Part shown: piece by piece, positions 1 through 12,124 of the stretch
Position numbering within the stretch: the first letter of the stretch is position 1
Layout: each line of letters begins with the position of its first letter
Assembly (NCBI RefSeq): GCF_963921235.1
Contig: NC_086097.1
Coordinates: 250,730,001 to 250,794,000, forward strand
Reading direction: 5' to 3'
Length of the DNA stretch: 64,000 bases
Source of the DNA: Mobula hypostoma
Taxonomy: Eukaryota
Translations under genes and position numbers: made by a program
The notes under the pieces: model-generated
Database searches by the model: none
Told to the model about the DNA's origin: nothing
Seen by the model: only the letters and a program-made list of their open reading frames with translations

Positions 1-1011
1 GTGGGGCAGGGCTTGGTAGGATACGGGCCGAATGCTGGAACTTGGGCACCATGGTCAGCATAAACTGGTTGGGCCTGGATAGCTCTGTGACTCTATAATT
101 CCCAAACAATATACATTTCTTTGTGGAATAAAATATTTACAGATGAGTCCATTTGTTTAAAGTAGTATTGGATTAAAGAAAAAAGATTATAATATTACCA
201 AAATGTTGAGTAAAGCAGAGGACTGGTATAATGTTAAATTTCAGGGAAATCTGATTGGTCTTGGAGTAGGTTAAACTGTCAGCACACCATTGCATCTTCC
301 AATAAAATGGCAGCACAGTTGGTCACAGCGGCCCCTTCGGGTGCACAAATGGTTCAATTGTTTGTCTTAAACATACTTCTTGTGATATTGCAATGCTGTT
401 GGACATTGGTAATGCAAAGTAATGCAAGTCCTGGGTTCATAGTTTCGTTGGTGAGACCGGCGGCGGGAAAGCAGCTCGGCCTCGGTTTTTGTGCGGACTA
501 GGCCCCAGTGCTGCGGCGTTGCCCGTTACACCACCCAGCGAGGAGGCAGCACGGGTGCTGGGTTAGGGGCTGTTCCCCGCAGGCCAGTTCTCCCACTGGG
601 GGATGCTTTCTCGCATTCGCTTCCTGGAAGATGAGCTGAATTGTTTCATCTGTGACTGGCCCAGCATGAGATGAAGAACTGCTGTGTGCTCGTTCTTGCA
701 GAAACTTGGCTCCAGGACAACGTCGTAAGCACCATCATACTTCAGGTCATGTCTCTCAGGGAGTTGTGCTAATGTTATTTGTGACTCTACTGTTTGTGTT
801 TCCCTAACCATATGTGCCGTGTATGACTGTACGTACCGTGTTTTGCACCCTGGCCCCAGAGGAACACAATTATGTTTGGCTGTCTCTATGTGTATGTTTG
901 AACAACAATTAAACTTGAACTTGTAAAAGATCTGTACTGTGCTGTACTGTCCATTGTTCTATCAAGGAAGAGCAGAGTTTGAGAAACCAACAAAGGATAA
1001 TGAACCAACAA

Positions 1012-1748
1012 ACAAAAGCATTGGAAAGGGTACAGAGGAGATTTACCAGGATGCTGCCTGGTTTAGAAAGTATGCATTATGATCAGAGATTAAGGGAGCT
1101 AGGGCTTTACTCTTTGGAGAGAAGGATGATGAGAGGAGACGTGATAGAGGTATACAAGATATTGAGAGGAATAGATAGAGTGGATAGCCAGCGCCTCTTC
1201 CCCAGGGCACCACTGCTCAATACATAGAAACATAGAAACATAGAAAATAGGTGCAGGAGTAGGCCATTCGGCCCTTCGAGCCTGAACCGCCATTTATTAT
1301 GATCATGGCTGATCATCCAACTCAAAACCCCGCCCCAGCCTTCCCTCCATACCCCCGATCCCTTTAGCCACAAGGGCCATATCTAACTCCCTCTTAAATA
1401 TAGCCAATGAACTGGCCTCAACTGTTTCCTGTGGCACAGAATTCCACAGATTCACCACTCTCTGTGTGAAGAATACAAGAGGACTTGGCTTTAAGGTAAG
1501 GGGTGGGAAGTTCAAGGGGGATATCAGAGGAAGGTTTTTTACTCAGAGAGTGGTTGGTGCGTGGAATGCACTGCCTGAGTCAGTGGTGGAGGAAGATACA
1601 CTAGTGAAGTTTAAGAGACTACTAGACAGGTATATGGAGGAATTTAAGGTGGAGGCTTATATGGGAGGCAGGGTTTGAGGGTCGGCACAACATTGTGGGC
1701 CGAAGTGCCTGTACTGTGCTGTACTATTCTATGTTCTATGTTCTATGT
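1012..1748 (+). mobile_element. CR1 LINE 3' fragment containing a nested antisense CR1 3' end (1225-1471)
   Basis: ALERVQRRFTRMLPGL...LYSLERR and GRFFTQRVVGAWNALP ORF2 C-terminal motifs; (TTCTATG)n tail; the insert is flanked by TSD AATACA (1219-1224 / 1472-1477). Confidence 0.9.
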
Positions 1749-1819
1749 TAAAAATATTGAGTAAGATTGAGAAAATTGAAGTTCAGAACGAAATGTCAAG
1801 AACTATAAAAGGTCTTCCA

Positions 1820-2090
1820 CAAAGTGATTGGAGGAAGGTATAGGGAGGATGTCAGAGGTAGGATTTTTACACAGAGACTGGTCAGCATGAGAAACGTGCT
1901 GCCGGGGGTGGTGGTAGAGGCAGATACATTGAGAACATCTAAGAAACTTTTAGATAGGCACATGGATCATAGAAAAATGGAGGGCTTTGAGGAAGGGAAG
2001 TGTGAGATTGACCCCGGAATAGGTTAAGGGTGGGCACAATATTGTGGGCCGAAGGGCCTGTACTATGTTGCAATATTGTACATTCGATAT
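1820..2090 (+). mobile_element. CR1 LINE 3' end fragment
   Basis: GRIFTQRLVSMRNVLP...KKLLDRHM motif followed by a CR1-type 3' UTR. Confidence 0.8.
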
Positions 2091-3424
2091 TCTAAGTAAA
2101 CAGAGATAGTGGTAACATAAACTACAATGAAGCAGAAAGACATAGCCAAGATATCAAACTGTGAGAGCACCAAAACAATCGGAGATATTTTGGGCACTTG
2201 GCAACCAATGAGACTGAGGAACTCAACATCATCGATATTCATAAATAAAGAAAATAATGGACATTTTTGTTCTCACTGTGTTCTTTCCTGTAACAATTGC
2301 ATTTTATTTATGTTTATTTTTTGTGAATGCTACCTATCTGATGCTATGTGCCTGCAAGTTCTTCATTGCACCTGTGCATATATGGACTTGTGCAGATGAT
2401 AATGAACTTGACCATAGATATTGTGTCCTAGATGTCTACATGACACGCAAGCCAGGGCAGTACGATATGGAGAGCAAGCTGTTGCCCACGCAGCAGACTC
2501 CCTCTCTCCATGCAGCTGTTGAACCCAAAGAAATGTTTCTAAAAATTAAGTGGACAATACTCTGAACAGTCCTCTGGGCTAATGCTGTGATCCAAAAACT
2601 AGAGTAATACACATAAAGTACTGGACTGCTGAAGGGTCTCAGTCCGAAACGTTTACTGTTTATTCCTTTCCACATAGTTGCCGCCTGACCTGCTGAGTTC
2701 CTCCAGAATTTTGTGTGTGTTGCTCTGGATTTCCAGCATCTGCAGAATCTTTTGTGTTGATAATCCAGAAGCTAATTCCTCTATATGTGGTAAGCGAAGT
2801 TTGGATAGGTATACGGGTGGGAGGGATATGGAAGGTAATGGCCCCAGTACAGTCCGATGGGAGTAGGCAGTTTAAATAGTTTGAGATGGACTAGATGGGC
2901 TGAAGGGCCTGTTTCTGTGCTGTAGTTTTCTATGACACTGTGACTCTAAAATAAGAAAATTATGTAAAAACTCAGTTGTTCGAGTGGTAACACACACAAA
3001 ATGCTGGATGAACTCTAAGTCACCTATGCAGAAGAATACACAGTTGACATTCAGGGTAAAACCCTTCATCTGCAGTAATTATCAGCTGTGTGAAAAAGGA
3101 AGCGTTAGTATTTCACATCAGTGACCTTTTAATCAGATCATTTACCTAGAATATTATTTCTGAAGTCCTAAGCAAAAAAATTCTGTCTAACCTACTGGAC
3201 ATATTTTGCACTTTCTATTTTCAAAGTCGAAGTTTTTTTACGTTCAACTTTGAACTTTTAATTTGTGGGGGTGGGGGAAGGTAATGAAGTGGTAACAGGT
3301 ATGTTACAAGCCCACACAGGCCAAATATTTCCATCTCGTATGTTCTGGGATTCAGTGAGGTTCATAAACAGCATATTTTGCTTTTTCTTAATTCCTCAAT
3401 GTCTCAGCAGCAGTTATTTTCAAC

Positions 3425-3838
3425 CTAGAACGTGGAACATTACCGCAGTATGGCCCACATTGTTGTGACAACCTTTTAATCTACTCTAAAATCAATCTAA
3501 CTCTTCCCTCCTACATAACCCTCCATTTTTCTATCATCCAAGTGCCTATCTAAACGTTTTTTAAAAGTCCCTAACGTAGCTGCCTCTACTTCCACCCCTG
3601 GCAGGACATTACGCACACCCATCATTCTCCGTGTAAAGAATTTACCTCTGATATCCTCCCTAACATTTCCTCTAATCACCTTAAAATTATGCCCCTTGTA
3701 TTAGCTGCTTGCACCCTGAAAATAAGACCCTGGCTATCCACTCGAGCTATGCCTTGTATCATCTTGTGGAGCTCTGTCAAGTCACTTCCCGTTTTCCTTT
3801 GCTCCAGAGAGCAAGGCCCTAACTTGCTCAACCTTTCG
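3425..3838 (-). mobile_element. CR1 LINE 3' fragment
   Basis: ORF 3497-3679: GKFFTRRMMGVRNVLP...FKKRLDRHL. Confidence 0.8.
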
Positions 3839-3844
3839 GTATTA

Positions 3845-4348
3845 TTTATTTATTATTATTTTAATTTATATTTTTTCTCAGCTCAAGTTGGTAAAGCCTG
3901 AGGTATGGGCACATCCAAGCAAGCTCACTTCTCAATTGTTAGGAACTTTTGGACTATTCTAGTGGTGTTTAGTATTGTGGCTTTCTGAAGAGTTACATAA
4001 CTATAGCTGTGTAGGTCTGATTGTTTAATGCTATTGTGTAGTGCCTTTGGGATGATACCAGTTATAGATATTACTATCGGGACAATGTATACCCTGTTCA
4101 TGTTCCATAGTCTTTCAATTTCCTCTTTGAATTCAGCATATTTCTGGTGTTTTTCACCTTGATTTCTGTATGTTATGTGTGTTTGGAATGGCTGTGTCTA
4201 TTAAGTAAGTTATTCTTGCTTGTTTATCCTGTAATATTATATCGGGATGGTTATTATGAATTGTCCTATCTATAATAATGGATCCGTTGTAATATAATTT
4301 GAGCAACTCCAACTCTATAACTAGATCCGGCTTGTATTTATAGTCAGG
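3845..4348 (-). mobile_element. R4/Dong-clade non-LTR retrotransposon 3' end (restriction-like endonuclease domain), frameshifted
   Basis: Hand translation: YKYKPDLVIE...DRTIHNNHPDIILQDKQARITYLIDTAIP / EKHQKYAEFKEEIERLWNMNRVYIVPIVISITGIIPKAL...LQKATILNTTRIVQKFLTIEK* (stop at 3925-3927). PD..D and KY motifs; ends in TAA-rich sequence. Confidence 0.8.
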
Positions 4349-4349
4349 T

Positions 4350-5125
4350 ATGATTTCTCTTATAATGATTTAATTTCATTTGTAACCAACAGAGCCAAAT
4401 CACACCCTCTGCCTTCCTGCCTGTCCTTTGAATACAATGTGTATCTTTGGACATTAATCTCCCAGCCACAATCTTCTTTCAGCCATGATTCAATAATGCC
4501 TAAAACATCATGCTGCCAATCTGTAAATGTGCTACAAAGTTCATCGATCTTATTCCGTATACTGTGCACATTCAATTATAACACCTTCAGTCCTGTATTC
4601 ACCTTTTTCAATTTTGTCCGCCTTTTACGTTGCAACTCATCCTGTTGACAGCAATTTTCCCCTTTCATCAGCCTCTCCTTGCTAGGAAACCAACTACCTC
4701 ATCTTCAGCACTATCATTCTGGTTACTATCCCCCTGCCAAATTCACTTAATCCCATTCGATCAACTCGAGCCAACCTGCCCGGAGAGATACTGAACCCCC
4801 TCGGGTTCAGGTGTGCAGGTCATACCTGAAGTGATCCCGATGATCCATAAATGTGAACCCCTGCCCCCTGCACCAGTTCCTCAGACACGCTTTCATCTGA
4901 CAAATCATCCTATTCCTACCCTCACTGGCACGTGACACAGGCAGCAATCCAGAGGTTACTACCCTGGAGGTCCTGTTTCTCAGCTTTCTACCTAGCTTCC
5001 TGAAAACTCTCTTCGGGACCTCCTCACCTTGTCTACCTATGTCATTGGTGCCAATATGCACCAAGACTTCTAGCTGCTCACCCTCCCCCTTGATAATGCC
5101 GTTGTCACGATCTGAGTCATCCCTG
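4350..5125 (-). mobile_element. CR1 5' portion: ORF1 esterase-like region and start of the APE endonuclease
   Basis: VLVHIGTNDIGR...RVVTSGLLPV (4807-5139) and NVHSIRNKIDEL...IIESWL...DRQEGRG (4360-4575). Confidence 0.8.
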
Positions 5126-5660
5126 ATAGTCATAGTCATACTTTATTGATCCCGGGGGAAATCGGTTTTCGTTACAGTCGCACCATAAATAATTAAATAG
5201 TAATATGTAAATAATGCCAGGAAATAAGTCCAGGACCAGCCTATTGGCTCAGGGTGTCTGACCCTTCAAGGGAGGAGTTGTAAAGTTTGATGGCCACAGG
5301 CAGGAATGACTTCCTATGACGCTCTGTGTTACATCTCGGTGGAATGAGTCTCTGGTTGAATGTACTCCTGTACCCACCCAGTACATTATGTAGTGGATGG
5401 GACACATTGTCCAAGATGGCATGCAACTTGGACAGCATCCTCTTTTCAGACACCACCGTCAGAGAGTCCAGTTCCATCCCCACAACATCACTGGCCTTAC
5501 GAATGAGTTTGTTGATTCTGTTGGTGTCTGCTACACTCAGCCTGTTGCCCCAGCACACAACAGCAAACATGATCGCACTGGCCACCACAGACTCGTAGAA
5601 CATCCTCAGCATCGTCCGGCAGATGTTAAAGGACTTCAGTCTCCTCAGGAAATAGAGACG
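5126..5660 (-). mobile_element. Rex1/Babar-type LINE 3' fragment
   Basis: MLRMFYESVVASAIMFAVVCWG...HPLH...TERHRKSFLPVAIKLYN; (ATGACT)n tail. Confidence 0.8.
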
Positions 5661-5704
5661 GAAATATTGTGGCTTTCTGAAGATTTACAATTATTATTAT
5701 TATG

Positions 5705-5736
<32 letters not shown>

Positions 5737-6394
5737 TGTCTCCTTTGCACATTAGTGGTCAGTCTTTTTGTTCAGTTTTTCTTTGAGATTATTGTATTTC
5801 TTTGTTGTATTGTGAATGCCCTCAAGAAAATGAATCTCAGGGTTATATATGGTAACATACAGTATACGTACTTGGGTATTAAACTTACTTTGAGCTTTAA
5901 ACATGTTCTTTAGACCAGGCAGCATCCTGGTAAACCTCCTCTGAACCCTCTCTAAAGCTTCCACATCCTTCCTACAATGAGGCAACCAGATATGAACACA
6001 ATTTTCCAAGTGTGGTCTAACCGGTGTTTTATAGAGCTGCAACATTACCTCACAGATCTTGCTTTTTCATTCAATATCTACAGATCAGTTACTTAACTTA
6101 TTTATGTTCTAGAGTCCACGAGCTGTACAATTGTTTGAAAGACACCTTAAAGTATCCTCGGCCTCAGGAAATACTCACCAACCCTCGTACTTGCTCAAAT
6201 AATGATGGTAGTATCGGTCAGGTAGATAGTAGGGCAGAGAGCATATGGAGAAAAAGGTTGGAAAAAAAACCCGGAAGTTGAGCTACATATCACCTCCACA
6301 ACAGCTTATTTGCACACACTGGTACACCTTTCCAGTTTCTTCAGCCTCTTGGCAATTCCACCCATCACTTCACAGCTTCTGGCATTATCCCCAC

Positions 6395-6925
6395 TCAAAA
6401 TGCCAATCAGCATTAGGCTATTCAACCCATCACGTCTGCACTGCCATTTCATCATGGCTGATTTATTATCCCTCTCCACCCCGTTCTCCTGCCTTCACCC
6501 TGTAACCTTTGACACCCCGACTAATCAGGAAACTATCAACCTCTGCTTTAAATATACCCAATGACTTGACCTCCACAGCCATCTATGGCAATAAATTCCA
6601 CTGTTTCACAATTCTCTGGCTAAAAATATTCCTCCTCAGCTCTGTTCTAACAGGCATCCCCCTTTTCTGAGGACATGTCCTCTGGTCCTAGACTCCCCCA
6701 CCATGGGAAACATCCTCTCTACATCAACTCTGTCCAGGCCTTTCACCATTCCTTCACTCTTCCTTCAGTTAGTCCTGATGAAGGGTCTCGGCCTGAAACG
6801 TCGACTGCACCTCTTCCTACAGATGCTGCCTGGCCTGCTGCGTTCACCAGCAACTTTGATGCGTGTTGCTTTCACCATTCGATAGGTTTCAATGAGATCC
6901 CCCCCTTGTTCTTCTAATCTCTAAC
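6395..6925 (-). mobile_element. CR1 3' fragment interrupted by a 117-bp hammerhead-bearing insert (6752-6868)
   Basis: Matches other CR1 3' ends in the window; perfect 12-bp TSD CTTTCACCATTC at 6740-6751 and 6869-6880. Confidence 0.85.
6771..6806 (+). ncRNA. Minimal type-I hammerhead ribozyme motif (Penelope-associated type)
   Basis: AGTC-CTGATGA-AGG gtctcgg CCT-GAAA-C-GTC-GACT: conserved CUGAUGA and GAAA boxes, stem I AGUC/GACU, stem II, and a GUC cleavage triplet ending at 6802. Confidence 0.8.
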
Positions 6926-7194
6926 CGGTATTATCATAGCTTTCAAAGTTTAAAGTTCTAACTTCAATGTAAATTTATTATCAAAATACGTACTGTATGT
7001 TTTACCATTTCATACCTTGAGATTCAATTCTTTCAGATATTCAGAGGAAAATAAAGAAATATGACACAATCCACAGAAAACCATACATAGACAAAGAATG
7101 ATAAATAACTAAAGTGGAAAAGGGAAACTGTACAAATAATAAAATATAATAATAATAAATCAATAATAACGAGAACATGAGTTGTAAATAGACC

Positions 7195-7360
7195 CTCACC
7201 TGGATACACTTATCACTCAAATACACCTACCACCTGAGCCTACCTATCACCTGAATATACTGTACCTATCACCCAAAATCACCTCTCGCCCAAATACACC
7301 TGTTGCCAGAACACACCTTTCAACTGAATACACCTGTTACCTGAATACACCTGTCATCTG
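7195..7360. repeat. Degenerate ~17-bp minisatellite
   Basis: Repeated tcacctgaatacacct(g/a) variants. Confidence 0.65.
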
Positions 7361-7394
7361 CCTTCTCGTGCTCCGCCCCTACTCTCTGCATTTT

Positions 7395-7670
7395 AATTTT
7401 TATCTTTTGTTTTATTTAGAAATAGAACACAGAACAGGCCCTTCCAGCCCCTCGAGCCACGCTGCCCAGCAACCCACCCATCAGAGGACAATTTACAATG
7501 ACCAGTTCACCTACTAACTGGTGGGTCTTTGGTTTGTGGGAGGAGACCGGAGCACCTGGAGGAAACCCACACGGTCACGGGGAGGGCATGCGAGCTCCTT
7601 ACGGAGGACGCTGGAATGCTGATACCCCAAGCTGGAAAAGTGTCGCACTCCCTGCCACTCTGCCATGGTA
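7395..7670 (-). mobile_element. V-SINE / HE1-like tRNA-derived SINE
   Basis: Reverse complement contains the V-domain-like gtgggtttcctccaggtgctccggtctcctcccaca and a CR1-like tail. Related copies near 29035-29240, 39700-39850, 46787-46990 and 61900-62178. Confidence 0.65.
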
Positions 7671-7905
7671 CCCGGCTGCCGATTTCCCCTCCATTTTTCA
7701 GGCCGAATGAAGGGCCTCAAGACGGAACATTAACAGCCCTTTTCCATCCATAACTGCTGCTCAACCCATCGAATTCATCCAGCTTATTGTGTATTGCAAT
7801 TTATTTGTGACCTTTTAATATAAATTCCTAATCCTTTTATTTGTCACTATATAGAATTGTTTTTGTATAGTTTAACCATATCAGTGGAAATGATCAGAAT
7901 GTTAC

Positions 7906-8007
7906 CTGATATATCATATACGGAATGCTGCTTCCCTCAGTAACAGAAATACTCATCGACTTCAGAGGTCCTTTGGGAAGTTGTCCATTGATTTTCGTGG
8001 TTAATAC
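7906..8007 (-). CDS. Probable internal coding exon (102 nt, phase 0-0) of an unidentified minus-strand gene
   Basis: Minus strand reads ttttattttatatttgctgcag|GTATTAACC...ATATATCAG|gtaaca. Only frame 0 is open: VLTTKINGQLPKGPLKSMSISVTEGSSIPYMIYQ. It lies in non-repeat sequence. Confidence 0.6.
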
Positions 8008-8361
8008 CTGCAGCAAATATAAAATAAAATAATGATATACATGCTAGGTCCAGGGCTTTTCTCTTTGGAGAGAAAGAGGATGACAGGTGATTTGATAGAG
8101 CTGTACGTCATGATAAAAAGCATAGATCGAGTGGTCAGCCGGAGACTTTTTCCCAGGGACCCTTCTTCAGGACTTGGCCTGAAAGATCAACTGTTTTTTC
8201 ATTTCCATAGATGCTGCCTGACCTACTGAGTTCCTCCAGTGTTTTGTGTGTGTTGCTCTGGATTTCCAGCATCTGAAGACCTCCCCATGTTTATGATTTG
8301 ATTATGGTGTGCCTTTGTGGATCCAAATGCCATGATGAAGAGATAAAGGTTATGTTAGGAC

Positions 8362-9118
8362 ATACATGGTAAATGGTAGGGCTGTGAAGAATGCAGTAGA
8401 ACAGAGGGATCTAGGAATAATGGTGCATAGTTCCCTGAAGGTGGAATCTCATGTGGATAGGGTGATGAAGAAAGCTTTTGGTATGCTGGCCTTTATAAAT
8501 CAGAGCATTAAGTATAGGAGTTGGAATGTAATGTTGAAATTGTACAAGGCGTTGGTGAGGCCATATTTGGAGTATTGTGTACAGTTCTGGTCACTGAATT
8601 ATAGGAAAGATGTCAACAAAATTGAGAGAGTACAGAGAAGATTTACTAGAATGTACCTAGGTTTCATCTCCTAAGTTACAGAGAAAGGTTGAACAAGTTG
8701 GGTCTTTATTCTTTGGAGCGTAGAAGGTTGAGGGGGGACTTGATAGAGGTATTTAAAATTACGAGGGGGATAGATAGAGTTGACATGGATAGGTTTTTTC
8801 CATTGAGAGTGGGGGAGATTCAAACAAGAGGACAGGAGTTGAGAGTTAAAGGGCAAAAGTTTAGGGGTAACATGAGGGGGAACTTCTTTACTCAGAGAGT
8901 GGTAACTGTGTGAAACGAGCTTCCAGCAGAAGTGGTTGAGGCAGGTTTGATGTTGTCATTTAAAGTAAAATTGGATAGATATATGGACAGGAAAGGAATG
9001 GAGGGTTATGGGCTGAGTGCAGGTCAGTGGGACTAGGTGACAGTAAGAGTTCAGCATGGACTAGAAGCGCCGAGATGGCCTGTTTCTGTGCTGTAATTGT
9101 TATATGGTTATATGGTTT
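8362..9118 (+). mobile_element. CR1 ORF2 C-terminus and 3' UTR
   Basis: EQRDLG...LYKALVRPYLEYCVQFWS...GNFFTQRVV; (TTATATGG)n tail. Confidence 0.9.
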
Positions 9119-9484
9119 TATAAACTCAAGCTTAGTGAGTTACTGGGAGCAGGGACATAGAATTTGGTAGTTTTAGAATCTTGCCTGTAAGTGTTTTATA
9201 CTTATAATTTATATCCAGTGCTCCTGACCGATTAGACCGATTAGATTCAGCGGACATTATGACAGCTCTACGCTTCAACATACCAGAAATAACCACTGGA
9301 TGAATTCTGGAGTTGGGGCGGGGGGGGGGGCGGTGCAGTGGAAGAGAAAGATGGAGGGCAGACGCTCAGAGAGAGGTCCCTGTTTTAGCAATTTCTCAGT
9401 GCAGGGGATGTGATCATGTGCAGGTCTTCCCTCGGGACAGAGGTTTGAAAGTTATCAGTGAGAACAAGGAGTGATGAATGTGGT

Positions 9485-10010
9485 GTTGTGCTTCCGGCAA
9501 AAGCAATATAACAACATATACAGATCAGGAAATGAACATGTCGAAAAATGTACCAAACACAGAGCAGCAGGATGATTTCGCGGTGAGCAATAACTTTAAT
9601 AATAAACTGCAAAATAACAAGCCACGAGGGGCCACAAAGTAAGAGAAACCCAATACTAAACAAAATCAGGCGACAAGGTAACTGAAGGCTAGGAGTAACT
9701 AGTTGAGGCTGACTGGCTCCATGAGTGAACAAGGATTGTGGATGAGAGATGGGTTTTAATAGGCTGCAGGTGATGAATTAAAAACAAGTGGCAGGTGTCT
9801 CATCATGTGAGTCCTGATGAAGGGTCTCGGCCCAAAATGTTGACTGTTTACTCTTTCCCACAGAAGTTATCTGGCCTGCTAAGTTCCTCCAGCATTTTGT
9901 GTGTGTTTGTTTGGATTTCTAGCATCTGCAGGATTTTCTGGTGTTTGTGACGGGTGACGCCTGTTAGTTGGGTGGAGACAAGGAGGAGCCGGCCTGTGCA
10001 GGCTTGACGG
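9485..10010. mobile_element. Possible solo LTR with a hammerhead-family insert at ~9805-9950
   Basis: TGT start and TGAC(G) end with LTR-like composition; no clean TSD seen. Confidence 0.3.
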
Positions 10011-10339
10011 AATATCATGTGGCTCAGTTATCACAGCCTGAAGTGGAAATTATCCCGATTTCTTCAGATATCCTCCCACGCGTCTCTTATCACAACTGTA
10101 CTTTGCCTTCTCACCACGCATAACCCAAAGCATCCAGTCACCAACAACGTGAATCTTTCAAGTCAGCAAGTTCAAAGTAACCTTACTATCAGGTACATAT
10201 ATGTCAGCATATACAATCCCGAGATTCGTTTTCTTGCAGGCATTCACAGTAGGTACAAAGAAACACAACAGAATAAATGAAAAACTGCACAGAAACACAA
10301 ACAATGTGCAAAAAAACAACAGAATGTGCTAGTTGTTGT

Positions 10340-10880
10340 TAAAATTGTGTAGGACTGGTTTAGAGTGCTGTGTGCAGATTTGGTCACCTACCTACAGTAA
10401 AGCTGGAAATAAGGTTGAAAGAGTACAGAGGAAATTTACAAAGATGTTGCTGGGTCTGAAGGACCTGATTGAATAGGTTGGGTCTTTATTTTTTGGAATG
10501 TAGAAGATTGAGATGAGATTTAATAGAGGTATACAAAATTATGAGAGGTATAGATAGGGTAAATGCAAAAAGGCTTATTCCATTGCGGTTGGGTAGGACT
10601 ACAACTAGAGATCATAGGTTAATGGTCAAAGGTGAAATGTTCAGGGGGAATACGAGGGGGAGCTTCTTCACTCAGAGAGTGCGGAATAAGGTGCCCGTAA
10701 AAATGGTGCACGCGAGCTGGATTTCAACATTTAAGAGAAGTTTGGATAGGTACGTGGACGATAGGGTACTGAGGGCTTTGGTCCTGGTGCAGGTCAATGG
10801 GAGTAGGCAGTTTAAATGTTTCGGCATGGACTAGATGGGCCAAAGGGCCTGTTTCTGTGCTGTAGTTTTCTATAACTCTA
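10340..10880 (+). mobile_element. CR1 3' fragment
   Basis: MRGIDRVN...GSFFTQRV...FKRSLDRY. Confidence 0.85.
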
Positions 10881-11010
10881 TTACTAAGCACTACTAGAAT
10901 AGTCCGAAAGTTCTTAACAATTGACAAATGAGTGTGCTTGACTACCCCCTTACCTCGGGTTTTGCCAACTTGAGCTGAAAATGCTAAAAATACAATAAAA
11001 ATAATAATAA
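10881..11010 (+). mobile_element. Second R4/Dong 3' end
   Basis: LLSTTRIVRKFLTIDK* plus the same 3' UTR as 3845-4348, ending in (TAA)n. Confidence 0.75.
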
Positions 11011-12060
11011 TTTATTTATAGAGCACTTTCTGTACAGACGATGTAGTTCAAGTGCTTTACAATGGGATGAAGTGCAAATGTGAAAATAAAATAAAAGCTA
11101 AAAATAAACATGAAAAATACGATTAAAAAAAGGAAGGTGAAATACATAGATTTTGAGCTGGTCTTTAAAAGCGTCATTTGAGTCCGCATCCCTTATAGTA
11201 TTGAACTGAATTGAATTGAATTAACTTTATTACTTACGTCCTTCAAATACATGAGGAGTAAAAATCTTTATGTTACATCTCCGTTCAAATGTGCAAAGTG
11301 CAATTGTACTAATTTATAATAGATAGTATGTACAACAGGACAGTCAATATAACTTAGAAATACAGTTACATCAGCATGAATTAATCAGTCTGATGGCCTG
11401 ATGGAAGAAGCTGTCCTGGAGCCTGTTGGTCCTGGCTTTTATGCTGCGGTACCGTTCCCCAGATGGTAGCAGCTGGAATAGTTGTGGTTAAAGTGAAGCT
11501 GGCCCCCAGTGATTCTTCAGGCCCTTTTTACACACCTGTCCCTGTAAATGTCCTGAACAGTGGGAAGTTCACATCTACAGATGCACTAGACTGTCCGCAC
11601 CACTCTCTGCAGAGTCCTGCAATTGAGGGAAGTACAGTTCCCATACCAGGCAGTGATGCAGCCAGTCAGGTATTGAGTTAGATATTGAGTTGCATAGTTT
11701 AGGAGCGTTGCCCAAAAAAGCTGACCCATCAATTATCTTTTGAAGGGAATTGTTTAAATTTAAGAGACTGGCGGAAGAAGACCTGACAGCTCGAGCAGGA
11801 TTATAAAACGAAAATGATACTGTGATGTAGTCCGGTCCCAGAGCAGTAAGAGTTTTAAAAACAAGTAAGAGAACTTTAAAATCAATTCTAAAAGATACAG
11901 GAAGCCAATGCAGAGTAGCTAGGATGGGAGTGCGTGCTCCCTCATCCGGGTTTTGGTTAAAAGTCTAACAATTATGTCCTGAATAAGTTGGAGTTTGTCA
12001 AGAGCAGTAAAAAGTGTATTGTAGCAGTCTAGTCTATTCAAGTGGTCTGTCTAGTCTACC
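11010..12060 (-). mobile_element. L2-type LINE 3' fragment split by a Rex1/Babar insertion (11205-11669)
   Basis: Minus strand LHWLPVSFRIDFKVLLLVFK L2 motif near 11850-11930; the insert is flanked by TSD GTATTGA (11198-11204 / 11670-11676). Confidence 0.75.
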
Positions 12061-12124
12061 TAGTAATCATTGCCTTATATATTGTGAAGTTTGTTGCTTT
12101 GCAGCAGTATTACAGTACAAAGGC

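Noticed and set aside
3146..3167. 22-nt minus-strand microexon-like segment (DFRNNIL)
   Set aside because: Too short to distinguish from chance without RNA evidence.
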